From: Felis catus | Taxonomy: Eukaryota | Reading direction: 5' to 3' | NCBI RefSeq assembly: GCF_018350175.1 | Contig: NC_058370.1 | Span: 44,516,001-44,580,000, forward strand | Length of the DNA: 64,000 bases | Shown here: positions 11,748 through 24,290 of the stretch, piece after piece | How the letters are laid out: each line of letters opens with the position of its first letter | Numbering within the stretch: the stretch's first letter is position 1 | The notes under the pieces: model-generated | Told to the model about the DNA's origin: nothing | The model's database searches: none | Seen by the model: the letters and a program-made list of their open reading frames with translations, nothing else | Translations under genes and position numbers: made by a program

Positions 11748-12857
11748 TAGTGACATCACAGAACCACTTCCTCAAGGGTCCCTGAGAGGTGCTCAGTTCG
11801 CACTTGCCCTTATAGAAACCCAGCCAGGGAACATGATGCTGTGGATGCTGGGAACATGCAGGAAACATGATGCTGTCTTCCTGTGGAGACATAAGGATAG
11901 AACAGCATGGAAGATGGACGTTTTCCCATTCTCTGTCTTCGTTCTGAGATTCCAGCCATCCAGGCTTGACAGTAGCATCAAGAGGGGGCTTGAAAGAAAA
12001 AAAAAACAGTATAAGCCTTAAAAGGGACACCTGAAATTCTAGTGCTTGTAAGAGCGCATATGAGTTAGTGAGCAGTTCAGACAGCAAGGGTGGACCAGGT
12101 CTGGAAGAATAGAATTCCCAGTTTCCCTGTGGATGACAGGCATGTGTGAATTCTCAGCTCCTGCTGTCAGAGACGGTCCCTCTGGAGTCAGCTGGCTTCA
12201 CTTCCATGCTTGTACAGAGCTGTCCCCTCTATGCAGATTGTGTTTAATTAAGGCCAGATAAAAGGGCTTCTCTTTTCTGACTCTTGCTCCCATGTGGAGT
12301 CAAAAGGAATCAAACATCTAGGTCAGCCACACTTCCTGGCCCTGGGAAGGTGGTGATGTTATTAGCGGGTCCCCTGAGACAAGGCTGGAGATGCTTTGTC
12401 ACCTCCACATCCCTCCGTGTTTTCACAAGGCCACCTGCTCCCCACTGGAGGATGTCTGGAGTATTTCTGCAGTGCTGGAGCAAAATGCAATACCTGTTCG
12501 GAGCCATCACCTTTTTGGGTTCCTGGAGGAGACAAAGGACTGGTTAAGTACTATCAGTACTATCTTCTCTTTTACTGACATAAATTGATTGATGAGTAGG
12601 ATGCTTTCATTTCCTCATAAGTAAACCCCATTCTTTAAAACCCATAAAACAGGTAGCTGGCTTTCTTATCCTCTCTCTTCCCCAAGATGTGGCTGGGAGG
12701 AGCATTTTGTGGCTGGTGAGGAACCCTTAACCACACCCTCCCTATACCCCTGATCTTGTGCGGAAACCTGGAACCAAGACTATCAGAGCTGAGAAAAGAG
12801 TTTTCTGTGGCTGATCCAGGCCACATTCTCTTGATACCACATGATACCAAACCCTTT

Positions 12858-12989
12858 NNNNNNNNNNNNNNNNNNNNNNNNNNNNNNNNNNNNNNNNNNN
12901 NNNNNNNNNNNNNNNNNNNNNNNNNNNNNNNNNNNNNNNNNNNNNNNNNNNNNNNNNNNNNNNNNNNNNNNNNNNNNNNNNNNNNNNNN
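12858..12989. other. Assembly gap (132 N)
   Basis: Run of n. Confidence 0.99.
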
Positions 12990-13399
12990 AACTCATCACT
13001 GTATAAAATAGAATTGCATCACAGAAGTTGGCTGGAAGGACCAAAGCCCTGCTCCCCACATCCTATCACTCCTTGTCCCCCACCCCACTCCCACTCCTAC
13101 CCCCCACAAGGCAGCTTCATGGAGACTGAGACCCAGAGAGCATAGTTTGCCTTCATTTTCTCGGATGGCAGACTAGTGATTTTTATGGTCTTTTCCAATT
13201 TGGAAATCCTGATTCTCCACATAGTCACACAGTACATCAAGCCATCTGCCCATGGGAGTAAATCCCAGCCTTGCCTCCCAAACTGGCCCCTTTGCAGCCT
13301 CTCTGTTCTCTGAGAAGTGGAGCTGCCCCTTCTACTGTGCCAAGCCTGGAAAGCTGGTACCGTCTCCTTTGATGAAATCACCACCTGGCCTACGTCATG

Positions 13400-13536
13400 G
13401 CTCTTTGCTCAAAGCTTCCTCTGTGGACCACCAGTATGGGTATTAGCTGGGCACTGGACAGAATTCAGAATCTCTGGCCATGTCCCACATCTACTGAATC
13501 AGAATCTGCGTTCAGCATTAGTGTGAGAAGCAGTGG
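13400..13536. mobile_element. MER5A (hAT-Charlie) relic
   Basis: gtggaccaccagtatgggtattagctggg...cagaatctctggcc...ctactgaatcagaatctgc...gtgtgagaagcagtgg. Confidence 0.7.
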
Positions 13537-14094
13537 CACTTAGCTCTGTCTGCGTGCATCTCTTCTGCCCGTTAACCCATAGGCTCTTGCCTAGACCTCT
13601 GCAGTCACCTTGCCACCAGGATGGACAGCTCCCTAGTGCCATTCATACCATAGAAGAGTCCTCCATGGGATCTGGCTGAGGCCAGCATCCCCCGGGTCCT
13701 TCCCTAACCAGCCACCCGCTGCACCCCATGGTGTGGTCCCAGCAACCCTGAACTTCTTCCATTTCTTCAGACGTCTGTTCTCTCTTTTGGAAGGTTAACC
13801 ACCATGCCTTCCTAAGATCTCAGTGGAGTGGTTACCTCATCTCTGTAGCCTCTTCTGACCTGGATCAGATGACCTCATCTGTTGGCGTGAACTAGTAGTA
13901 CTCTGTACCTTTCCTGTGACAGCTGTTATCATGATGTGCAATTATACACCTATTTGCAGGATTGTTCAGTTAACATTTCTCTCCCTGCTAGTCTCTGGTC
14001 TCCACATGGCAGGGACCAAGTCAGTTTCACCCCTCATGCCATCCCCAGGATGTGTCATGGATGTCCCACAGGCATTGAGCTGGTACAAAGGGTT

Positions 14095-14372
14095 AGATGC
14101 TGTATGATTCCAGTTGTGGGAAGCTTCTAAAAAAGGGAAACTAGGGAGGTAGAAGGAAGATCACTGGTTGCCTGCAGATGGGGGTGGAAGTGAGGAATGG
14201 CTGCAGATGGACATGGGGGGACTTCTCTGGGAGGGGTGGAAGTGTCCTAAAACTAGACAGTGGTGATGGTTGCATGGTTGAATAAATATGCTAAAAATCA
14301 TCAAACTGTACAGTTACAATGGCTGAATTTTATGGTATGTAAATTATAACGCAGCAAGGCTGTTAAAAAAAA
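14095..14372 (+). mobile_element. L1M 3' end relic
   Basis: gtgtcctaaaactagacagtggtgatggttgca...aaaatcatcaaactgtacagttacaatggctgaattttatggtatgtaaattata...gctgttaaaaaaa. Confidence 0.8.
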
Positions 14373-15302
14373 TGAATGAAATGAGATGAATGGGGATCTC
14401 ACGGGTGACTGCATGGACATGGCTGCCGCCATATCCCCCCTCTCTCCTTTTTCCACTCGAGATGTGCATGCTCAGCTCAGCCAGCAGCTGGGTGAGCGAC
14501 CAGGCCAAAAACAACTCCCTCCCTCACCCTCCCCTTGCCCTGAGCTGAGCTCACATACAGATGCTGAAATTGCAGTTCCTTTGATGGTGTCCCAGAGCCA
14601 GGGCAAGAGAAGATTCATGACTTCTAATAACCGTCAGCCCTGGTTGTAGCTCTGTCCTCTCCCTAATTAGACAAGTCTCCTCTGGACACAGCCCAGAAAG
14701 CAGAACATCTTTGTAGTTAGCACTGCAAAGTTTAGCAAGATAACCAAGTATTGGGAGCTGTAGTGCAGTCAACGATTTTTGCCCCCAGATTATCAAAAAT
14801 GCCCAGCCAATTTTAGTCATGGTAAAATTCTTCTTCTGACCCCATTCTTTTCTCCTCTGAATTGACATGTTTTTTTCAGTTACCATGCAGATGAATTCAG
14901 GCCCTGTGCATGAAAGAATGTGATCCTGGCCTACAAGTCAGACTGACATTCAGCCTTTCTCAGCTCTGACTGGGACACCAACTAGTCTGATTTGTTTGCA
15001 CTCATCCTTACCTGGTGTTGCATATCTAGAACATTCCCTGTGCTTACAAGGAGTACATTTGCCACCAATTAGAAAACTTGGCCTCCAATGTAAGTTCTTT
15101 ATTTTCACATACCCTAACACTATAAATAATGACCTTGGGAAATTTGGGTCATTCATTAGAAATTTATCACTAGTGTCAGGCCTTCTTATCAGGGAAGGTG
15201 TGTTTGAGAGAAATATGAATAAAAGCTTTGAGTTGCCAGGACAGCATTTACTATATTTAGCCTTGACAAATTTCTGAAAGTTACTTTTGTCATGCTATTC
15301 TA

Positions 15303-15514
15303 AATTTTTTTTAAGTTTATTTATTTTTGAGACAGAGAGAGACAGAGCATGAACGGGGGAGGAGCAGAGAGAGAGGGAGACACAGAATTGGAAGCAGGCT
15401 CCAGGCTCTGAGCCATCAGCCCAGAGCCCAACGCGGGGCTTGAACTCACGGACCGCAAGATTGTGACCTGAGTTGAAGTCGGACGCTTAACCGACTGAGC
15501 CACCCAGGCGCCCC
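15303..15514 (-). mobile_element. Young SINEC_Fc CAN-SINE with perfect 15-bp TSD
   Basis: TSD tgtcatgctattcta at 15288-15302 and 15515-15529; CpG-rich body ending ctgagccacccaggcgcccc. Confidence 0.95.
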
Positions 15515-15587
15515 TGTCATGCTATTCTAGATGGAACTTAAGAATTATAGCAATCTCCTTTTATTCCTCACTTTTAACTTGTCTACT

Positions 15588-15588
<1 letters not shown>

Positions 15589-15640
<52 letters not shown>
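15589..15640. repeat. (TG)n microsatellite
   Basis: About 23 consecutive TG units. Confidence 0.97.
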
Positions 15641-15641
<1 letters not shown>

Positions 15642-15956
15642 CCTTTTGGCTCTTTAAAAAGTAACAGAATAAAAAAAATTAGATGAGAAAACCTTTGTTC
15701 TACTAATGTGCCACTTGAGAATCCTCCCCAAACACATATAGCATCACTGAACTAAGTTCTGTTGTGTCTTAATAAGACTTAACATTTCTCGTAAAGAAGA
15801 GGGGAAAAGAAAGATCTGGTAAGAGGGACTCACTAGCAGCAGTTTCCAAAGGCTTTCCTAAGTTCATGCAGTGAAACAAATGAACAACTGGCAACTGAAA
15901 GGAATTCTACCCTCTTGTGTAGCAATACAGTCACTACTAGAGAAAAATGGGATTTG

Positions 15957-15958
<2 letters not shown>

Positions 15959-15998
<40 letters not shown>
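15959..15998. repeat. (GT)n microsatellite
   Basis: About 20 GT units. Confidence 0.97.
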
Positions 15999-16002
<4 letters not shown>

Positions 16003-17357
16003 CATAAGGAAAATGGAAAATGCATTTCTACCTTTTATTTTGAACTTAAGTCAAAGACTAGCAGCATGATGTCGGAATAAAATTAGGTTCTTGGCTAATA
16101 TTATTTTCCTTTTGTTTTTACACAAAGAGATTTAGTCCTTGGCCTTCTATTGTACCTGCATAGAGAGGTGGTTGCTAAGTGTGGTTGAGAGAGGAAGTGC
16201 CTTCAAAGTTGTGACCAATTTAGGAACTGTATTGAACAAGTTAAAAAGAGGCAGTAATTAAGAGCAAATTAGAATAAAGATAGGAATGGTAAGTAAATTC
16301 GACCCAAGTTGGCAATGAGGTAGGTCTGAGAGCAAATGAGAAGGGTGGGGAGGGGCAAGGATTACATAAGGCACAGACCAAATGGGCTCTGCATCATTCG
16401 TTGTGTTCAGCTGCAGGGAATAGAAAACCCAACTAAGAGTGTCTTAGACTCACAGGTGACTATTTTTCTCAAGGGAAAAAAGTTTAGAAGAGTCATTTCA
16501 AGGGCTTGTGCAGTGTCTTGGCAGTGTCATTAATGTGCCAGGACCCTTCCATCTTTCTACTTGGCATAGCTGCTTCTTGGTTGCCATGGTTTCAAGATGG
16601 AGACTGTACTTGGAAGAAAAGAATTGATGGATGTGGGATGTCAGACGGAATACACTGGAAAGGCAGGAGGCAGTGATCAGAGTGGAAGGCATGAATTTGA
16701 TATTGAGGCAGGGACTGTGCGTATTAATAATGACAGGATCTACTGTGGTATGATTATTAGAGGTGAGTGTCTGAGGTGGGATGGAAAACAAGGCCCAAGA
16801 CCTTTGGATAAGAAGATTTCAAGAAACCTAGAGGGTGTTGAAACCATTGTCTGTGTGTATAATGAAATCTCCAAAAATTAAAACAGAAGTGGCATTATTT
16901 TAAAACTAATTATCATTCCTGCTTCCCCACCCCACATCTATATGACCCTCCATTGCCTTTATGATGGGCATAGAACAATAAATTCCTTGGTGGAGTTTCT
17001 ATGACATGCCATGAGTCTTGTTTATTCCTCATGTGCTGTGTCCTCCCAGCCCCCTTGAAAGACCACATACTGTCCTGTATTGGAGGAACAGGTGATGGTT
17101 AGCCAGGGAATGCCCTGCTCCTTTGACTCCTGGGGACCAAAGCTCTCCAGTGCAAGGCTGTTCTGCTCATCATCCACCCTGTGGGACACACTCTCTGCTT
17201 ACCTCCTAATGAGCCCTAGAATCGATTCCTAGAGATGGCTTCATTTCCTTCTTTCCTCCTTCCCTTCACTCCCTAGAGGACCAGACAACCTGACCTCAGC
17301 TGCTTGATCCATTCTCGGGGCTCAGGTTATATCAAAATCTCCCAAAGCCAAAATATA

Positions 17358-17411
17358 GAAATGAAATGAAATGAAATGAAATGAAATGAAATGAAATGAA
17401 ATGAAATGAAA
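17358..17411. repeat. (GAAAT)n pentanucleotide microsatellite
   Basis: About 10 perfect copies. Confidence 0.97.
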
Positions 17412-18295
17412 ACAAAAACCCAAAGGTTGATTCTGCTGACTGTGCAAGAAGTTGCTCACTTCTTTGCTTGCTTATACTCGTTTATTGTATTTGCCTGGAA
17501 GTGATTTTCAATTTAGTTCCCTCTCACCCAATGTCTGTTTCCTTCACCATCTACCTTAATGGAAACTTTTTTTTCTTTCTTCAAATGTCTCATTGTTACT
17601 GCATTCTGGGACTATTCCTCTCTCCATGAAAAAACCAGTTGGGCAGTGTGTTCTCAGGCTTCAGCCAGGAATAGAAGGGTAATCTGGTGCTTCTAAACCT
17701 CTCCCTTCAGTAGAGGAGAAGACAGACATGAACAGCTTTTCTTCCACGTCCCCAAATATCCACAGACCAGCTCCTCTTGATGCCTGGAAAGTAAAACTCA
17801 TCCCTGTTGTGTTGCCATCTACACACCTGCCTCCCAGCCGGGGGAGAGACCAACAGTGGCATTCCACTGACTTGGACTTTACTCCAACACCAAATCATCC
17901 AGGTCTTTGGAGAATAGCTGCTCCTCACCATGGCGGTGAGTTTAGGAAAGTTTAGGAAAATCAAGGCTGTGTTTCTACTTCCCTCCAGTGATGACATTTC
18001 CTTCCTTGACAGGAACCATTCCTTCACTGCTTCCCAGCTGGATCTGTGGGCTGCAGCAAGGGGTGAATATAATTTTATTATGAAACATCTGATTTCAGCT
18101 GATGCCATTTACTTTTTACTTTGAGGTTAAACACATCAAAAGATCAGGTTTTCTTCTTTCTGCCCCCTCTTGAAACTCCCAGTTTTGATTTTCTCAGCTG
18201 CCTTCACTTTCCCTGGCCTATAGTTCTCACCAGTGTGGAGACCCTCTCCCCAGCTCCCCTGTGTCAGCTTCTGCAAGCAAGAATAGACAGAATTA

Positions 18296-18472
18296 GGGCA
18301 CCTGGATGGCTCAGTTGGTTGAGTGTCCAACTCTTGATTTCAGCGCGGGTCATTGTCTAGAGTTGTGAGATAGAGCTCCGTGTTGCTCTCTGTGCTGAGT
18401 ATGGGGTCTGCTTGATTTTCTCTCTGTCCCCCTTCCCTGCTTGCACTCTGTCTCTCTCTAAAAATGATAAAA
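18296..18472 (+). mobile_element. Older CAN-SINE with 17-bp TSD
   Basis: gggcacctggatggctcagttggttgagtgtcc...; TSD aagaatagacagaatta (18279-18295) / aagaatggacaggatta (18473-18489). Confidence 0.9.
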
Positions 18473-19572
18473 AAGAATGGACAGGATTAGATGACAGTCT
18501 ACACCTGTGTCATCTTGTCATCTTGCTTCCTGCCAAGGTTCATAGATCCCAGTAAGCAGGAATTTGTCATGTGAGGTATGGTAGGCAAATGCCAAGGGGT
18601 ACGATATCAAAGCTCGCAAAGGTCCCATACTGGCTTGCCTTACCTACCTACCTAACCTTCTTCCTTCTTCTTCCCTTCCCTCCCTTCTCCCTTCCTTCCT
18701 TCTTCTAATATCTATAGAGTTATTCTGCCAAATCACAATTTAAAGCAAACAGGCAGCCCGTATACCTGATTGTGCACCTGTGTGCACATGCACGCACCTG
18801 TGTGTGTGCTGGGTGGTACAGACAGAGCACCTTAAAAGCTATGGGAAGATGGTACATAAATTACAGTTCCTGTAAGGTAACTCGTGGCATCACAAGAAAG
18901 TTAGGTGACTTTCATGGTGACAGGGAGACATTCAGCTCAGAAAATGTGAAATCTTGCGCATCAAAGGGTAGAACAGCCACTCTATAACACAGCTGTGTAA
19001 ACTTCAAGAGGCTGGAGTCCAGATGGGAATAATCCTTATTTCTCTGTCAGCCCCTCAGAATGTGTCTTTGACATTGTGGGTACTAAGTAAATATTTAATA
19101 ACAGAATGACTGATAGGGTGTGTGAAACTAACGCTGATAAAGCTGTTTATGAGCAGTGATGCTGACTGTGAAATGGCAACTTTAGGTCCTGTAAATGATG
19201 CTGTGAAGCCTCTAAGACTGAGGCATGAGTGGATGCATGGAATGTACAGGTCTTCCTTAGAAGGCCTCTAGAGATGCACACCTTGGAAATACAATAAAAT
19301 ACTCGGGTACAAAGAAGAGGGAGCACTCAGGGAGCCACACAAGCCTGTGCATGTTTGGGTGACTTTGTAGAAGACTGTGCAGGTGGGTGGACAACATGAG
19401 AATAGCAGAAGGCAGCCAGTAGCCAGTAGGCAGAGCGCAGGAAAGGAAGGAAGTGATTCAGAAAACACAGAGTGAATTGAATCTGAGATGTCAAGTGCAA
19501 AGTAAGAGGAATGGGGACAACAGTAGTGTAATATAAGAAGAAATAAGCCAGAGATGGGAAATAGGGCATTCT

Positions 19573-20202
19573 CTGTGCACCGTCCAGCATGGCAGTCACC
19601 AGCCATATGGGTCTAGATCTAGAGTACATGGAGTGAGAGTCTAGACTAAGATGTGCTGTTAAGTATAGAACACACATCAGCTCGCAGGCACTTAGGATAA
19701 AAAAGAAGAATGTAACATATCACATTAGTATTTTTATGTTGATATTCAAATTACATATGTTCAGTATTCAAATGACATACTGAAATTGTATGAGGGTAAA
19801 TTCAGTTAAATACAACATACTAACATTCTTTTCACCTGTTTCTTCTTACTTTTTTTGAATTGAGCATTTTACTTCAAAAGCAGAAAATTTTAGATTGCAA
19901 GGATAATCTCAAAAAACCTGGAAGAAATTGGGGCACCTGGGTGGCTCAGTCGGTTAAGCATCTGACTCTTGATTTGGCTCAGGTCATGATCTCATGGTTT
20001 GGGAGTTCAAGCCCCACATCCGGCTCTGTGCTGGCAGCATGGAGCCTAATTGGGATTCTCTCTCCCTTTCTCTGCCCCTCTCTGCTCACACTCTCTGTCT
20101 CTCAAAATGTTTATTTATAGACATTAGAAAATCCTGGAAAAAATACAAGTAAATAAACTGTTTATGTAGCTCACATTATATTTCTCTTGGACAACTCTAC
20201 TC
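19573..20202 (-). mobile_element. MER33 (hAT-Charlie) relic interrupted by a SINE
   Basis: gtccagcatggcagtcaccagccatatg...aagatgtgctgttaagtatagaacacac...tttcacctgtttctt...gtagctcacattatatttctcttggaca. Confidence 0.7.
19930..20127 (+). mobile_element. CAN-SINE with degenerate TSD
   Basis: ggggcacctgggtggctcagtcggttaagcatctgactcttg...; TSD aaaaacctggaagaaat / aaaatcctggaaaaaat. Confidence 0.92.
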
Positions 20203-22014
20203 TAGATACGCTTCTAGCAAAATTTAGGGAGGAGAGGAAGGGTGGAGGAGAGAAAATTTCGTGAGAGCAGAAATCATTTAGAAGTCACGTCCTGGCTATA
20301 GATCATTGGGCAAGGAACATAATCTCATTGAGCCTCAGTTTCCTTATCTGTAAAATGGTGCTTGCCAATAATGTCTGTTTGAGGGAGTGATCTTTAAACC
20401 TAAACAGGAAACCATGCAGAGTCTCTAATGGGATACCTTACATGAAGCAGGAGGGCCTCAAATAGTAGTTGCATTCTGCCCTTTTCTTCAGCCAGAGTAA
20501 CACACAAAGAGCTCCAGAGGCAGCAAGGTGGAACTCAAATAGACATTAGCAAATTCTGAATGTGTATCTCGACTTTCTGAATGCCCTCATTTGCAGTGGA
20601 CTGGGCAAATGAAAAAGGAGTAGAAACGCCAATGGAGAAACCAAAAAGAGGTAAGAATGGCCTGCACACAGATGATGATGACAAAGCCATCCTCCCGATT
20701 TGGAAGGAGGCTGGGATAGCAACAGAGGGTTCTGAGGGTTAGCAGGGAGGATGTAGAGGTGCACTGTCCAGTTTTGCTGAAAGCTGCTCTCAGATATGCC
20801 TGGATTAAGCAGATACCTTTGTTCCTCTTCAATAAAGAAGTGTGATTTTTTAATTCTTTGCAGTTTGGGGTAGCCATCCTGGAGTTGGCCACAGCCTCAG
20901 CCACCAACAACATCAGTAACATCCCCAAAATAGAATTTAGCATCCCTGAAAAAGACTGTAAAACCTATGCTTATTGTTCTGTTCCCAAGGAGAAGAACTC
21001 ATGTACCTGTTGCTTATAAATAAGCCACCTATCAAAGGGACATCAACTAACAGTGAATGCCGCATGATCCCTGTGAAGCTTGGTGGGAGCAAAAGGGAAT
21101 TACTTCAGAGACCCCTGATGATGATTTGACACTTCCTAAATGAAGGAAACTGAGACCAACTATCCTTCATAGATGAAAAATTCTGTCATCCAGTTCCAAT
21201 CTATTGGGTTCATGGTTCAAGAGTGGCCATGGTTCTTCTTCTGTTTGTTCCAATAATGGGAAAGATCAATAGACACATGGATAACCTAGGATAGTAGATA
21301 CTTGCCAGTTGCTCCACGAAGTATTCTAAAAGCCAGCAGTCTGGAAAGATTTCAGGAGACCCACTTCTCCTGCAGTGGCACTGGAAATACGCTCCACCCC
21401 CCTGGGAACATCCTGTCTGTCTTCAGTAGGCCTCAGTTTCTCATTTATAAAATGAAGATTACTAGTACATGAAAGGATATCATCAAGCCAGTTCCTTTAT
21501 TCTGTCATGGGGAATAGAAGGCCCCCAAAGTTGCCCTGTAAATGACTGGTGGGATTGTAAACTGCTCTGCATTGTAAAGGACCCCTCTCCTCTATATGGC
21601 ATATACCCCATAAGAATTTCAGCAACCAAGCTGAGTAAATGCTGACAGTCCCAGAGACACACAACAAGATACACTGTGGGCATCAAAAGTTACCTGTTAC
21701 TCATACCCTTACTGTGTGCCTTAGGCATCAAGAAAATCCACAATAGAACTTCTTTACTGGCAAAGCATTCTAGTGGGAAAATTGGTCATGGTGTTAATAA
21801 TGGGTTTGTCTTATTAAATTGTCCTCTCCCCCGCCTCTGTCACCCAAATTGGTATAGAATTCAGAGTCAGCCAAATAATTTCACCATTGAGTTAAGCCAC
21901 TTAATAAGTGTGGGTTTTCTTCCGGCAAACTCTAAATAATTATGTCACATTGTGAAGGAGGCATTGTTTTAGCCAGAGTATAAAAATGTTGCTGTAGTAG
22001 CCAGTGTGTTTAAA

Positions 22015-22086
22015 GAAAAGAAAAGAAAAGAAAAGAAAAGAAAAGAAAAGAAAAGAAAAGAAAAGAAAAGAAAAGAAAAGAAAAAA
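22015..22086. repeat. (GAAAA)n pentanucleotide microsatellite
   Basis: About 14 copies; source of the spurious KEKKR ORF. Confidence 0.97.
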
Positions 22087-22759
22087 GACAAATTCAGCTT
22101 GGCAGCTCAAGAAAGCATATGTAACCTCCTTCTACAACAGGTGTTTGTGACACCAAGTTGGGACACCTTTCCCCAAGACTCCCAAGTGACTAGATTCATG
22201 TAATTCTTCCTCTGTGTAGCATCTTCTTTCTTACTGCAAGGACGGGGCTGTGCTACATCCTTACCTCAAAACCCAAAGTTATAAAGAAGGAAGTCAAAAA
22301 TTAGAAAACACAAGACAGTCATTAGATCTACAGATGGCTTATGGGTGCTGAATATTCCCTACGCTTCTTAAAATCCATTAAAAAAAAATCTTCCCTTCAT
22401 TCCTGGTGACCCAAGGAGTAAGGCTGTCTCCATGGTCTGGCTGCCCCTTGGGCGTCTGCCACATGCTGCCAGTGAAATGACCAGCATGTGCAAGCAGCAC
22501 TCTTCTCTGGCACATTATTCTTCCATGTGGGGCTCAGGTTCCTGGGTTACCTGGAAGTCTGGAGCTCACACGATCTGAGGGCAAACTGTGGCTCTTCTCT
22601 TCCCAGTCTCTTTTGCTCTTCTGTGATGGTGACATCTTAATTCATCTATGGATTTTATCAGACAGGCAAAGAGGCCTCTTCCATCTCCAAATGCTTGTGA
22701 GATCCTCTGTCCCATTTATCAATATAATGAGTCCTGCCCTCTTCCCCAGCCATATCCAG

Positions 22760-22937
22760 GAGTGCATGGAGACAGCTTGCCCTAGCTCATGAGAGCCAAG
22801 ATCTCTTCCAGGCTTCTCTGAGTAGCCTAAGATTGGCCATGGTGGTAATAGTTACCCCATGGAAATTGACAAGTGCTACCTGTTATGGCCTTTTCCCCAG
22901 AATGTCAGATAGTAAACATTTACTAGCTCACCACTGG
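22760..22937. mobile_element. MER63-like hAT DNA transposon relic
   Basis: agctcatgagagcc...gattggccatggtggtaatagttaccccatggaaattgacaagtgctac...gtaaacatttactagctcaccactg. Confidence 0.55.
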
Positions 22938-23062
22938 GTCCATTACCACCTCAAACTCAACATCTCTAAAACCACCTGCCCACTTCTATTTTCCTTAAAT
23001 ATTGGTTTCTTCTAAAAAAAAAAAAAAGACACACCTATATTGAATGTTTGAAAATATAATCC

Positions 23063-23118
23063 AGGGCACCTGGGTGGCTCAGTCAATTAAATATCTGACT
23101 CTTGATTTCAGCTCAGAT
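23063..23118 (+). mobile_element. CAN-SINE 5' (tRNA-derived) fragment
   Basis: agggcacctgggtggctcagtcaattaaatatctgactcttgatttcagctcag, truncated at its 3' end. Confidence 0.85.
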
Positions 23119-23594
23119 CTAATATCCCCCTTTTTGAATAAAGGTCATAAGCAGAATAAATATGTGTGTATGTATGTTTGTGTGTGTATGTATATATGTA
23201 TGTGTATGTAACAGAAAAAAAAAATGGAGTTGTCTGAGTTGAAGCATGACCTAAGGTAGGGGATGGGGAAGAGAAATGGGGTTGGAGCTCCCCATGCTAA
23301 CCACTTCCCTATCTCAGGCCCCTCAAAGAAATATCAGACTCTCTAGGCCACAGTTTGAGAAATTTGGACCTGCTTATTTTTAAATCACCTTTATTGAGGT
23401 ATAATTTGCATGCAGAAAAATCACCGTGTCAAAAATGTTTTTATTTTGAAATAATTTTAGGCCCATAGGAAAAAAACTGCAAAAAGAGTTCAGAGATTTC
23501 CCATATGCCCTTCAACTAGTTTCCCCTAATGTTAACATCTTACATGACCATAGTGAGATCAAACCCAAGAAATTAACTTTGGCACAGTACTATT

Positions 23595-23802
23595 TTTTTA
23601 AGTTTATTTATTTATTTATTTTTAGAGAGAGAGTGTGAGCAGGGGACGGGCAGAGAGAAAGGGAGAGAGGGAGAATCCTAAGAAGGCTCCACGTTGTCAG
23701 TGCAGAGCCTGATGTGGGGCTCAAACTCATGAACCATGAGATCATGACCTGAGCTGAAACCAAGAGTTAGACACTTAACCAGCTGAGCCACCCAGACACC
23801 CC
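23595..23802 (-). mobile_element. CAN-SINE with 15-bp TSD
   Basis: TSD tggcacagtactatt (23580-23594) / tggcacagtgctatt (23803-23817). Confidence 0.93.
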
Positions 23803-24080
23803 TGGCACAGTGCTATTAACTAATCTGTCTCATCAGTTTTCCCACTGATCTGTTTTTCCATTCTAACCTAGGATCCCACATGGTATATAGATGTTATTAG
23901 TTGTATTTAGTAGCTCTAATCCATGACAGATCCTTGATCTTTATTTCCCATGACCTTCACAGTTTCGAAGAGTCCAGGCCAATTTAGGGTTGTGTTCTGT
24001 TTTCTCATGATTTGACTGAGGTATATATATTCAGCAGAAGACCACACTGATGTTGTATTCTCTTTATAATGTCATACCAA

Positions 24081-24290
24081 GGGACACCTGGGTGGCTCAG
24101 TCAGTTAAGTGTCTGACTTCCGCTCAGGTCATGATCTCACTACTCATGAGCTTCAGCCCCACATCGGGCTCTGTGCTAACAGCTTGGAGCCTGGAGCCTG
24201 CTTCAGATTCTGTGTCTCTTTCTCTCTCTGCCCCTTCCCCGCTCACGCTCTGTCTCTGTCTCTCAAAAATAAATAAATGTGAAAAAAAAT
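24081..24290 (+). mobile_element. SINEC_Fc CAN-SINE with TSD
   Basis: gggacacctgggtggctcagtcagttaagtgtctgacttccgctcagg...aaaataaataaa; tttataatgtcatac at 24063-24077 and 24291-24305. Confidence 0.93.

Noticed and set aside
11605-12087. Overlapping 160-aa and 123-aa ORFs as a novel gene or active transposase
   Set aside because: Only a short, frameshifted mariner remnant is recognisable; the rest has no recognisable similarity or splice support.
15321-15503. SINE-derived ORFs (MAQSVKRPTS..., also at 19860, 24050, 26283, 34489, 36420)
   Set aside because: Recurrent chance translations of the CAN-SINE consensus.
16215-16224. CArG box CCAATTTAGG (another copy near 23978 inside L1)
   Set aside because: Isolated matches; several are expected by chance in 64 kb.
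22006-22203. KEKKR-repeat ORF
   Set aside because: Translation of the (GAAAA)n microsatellite.
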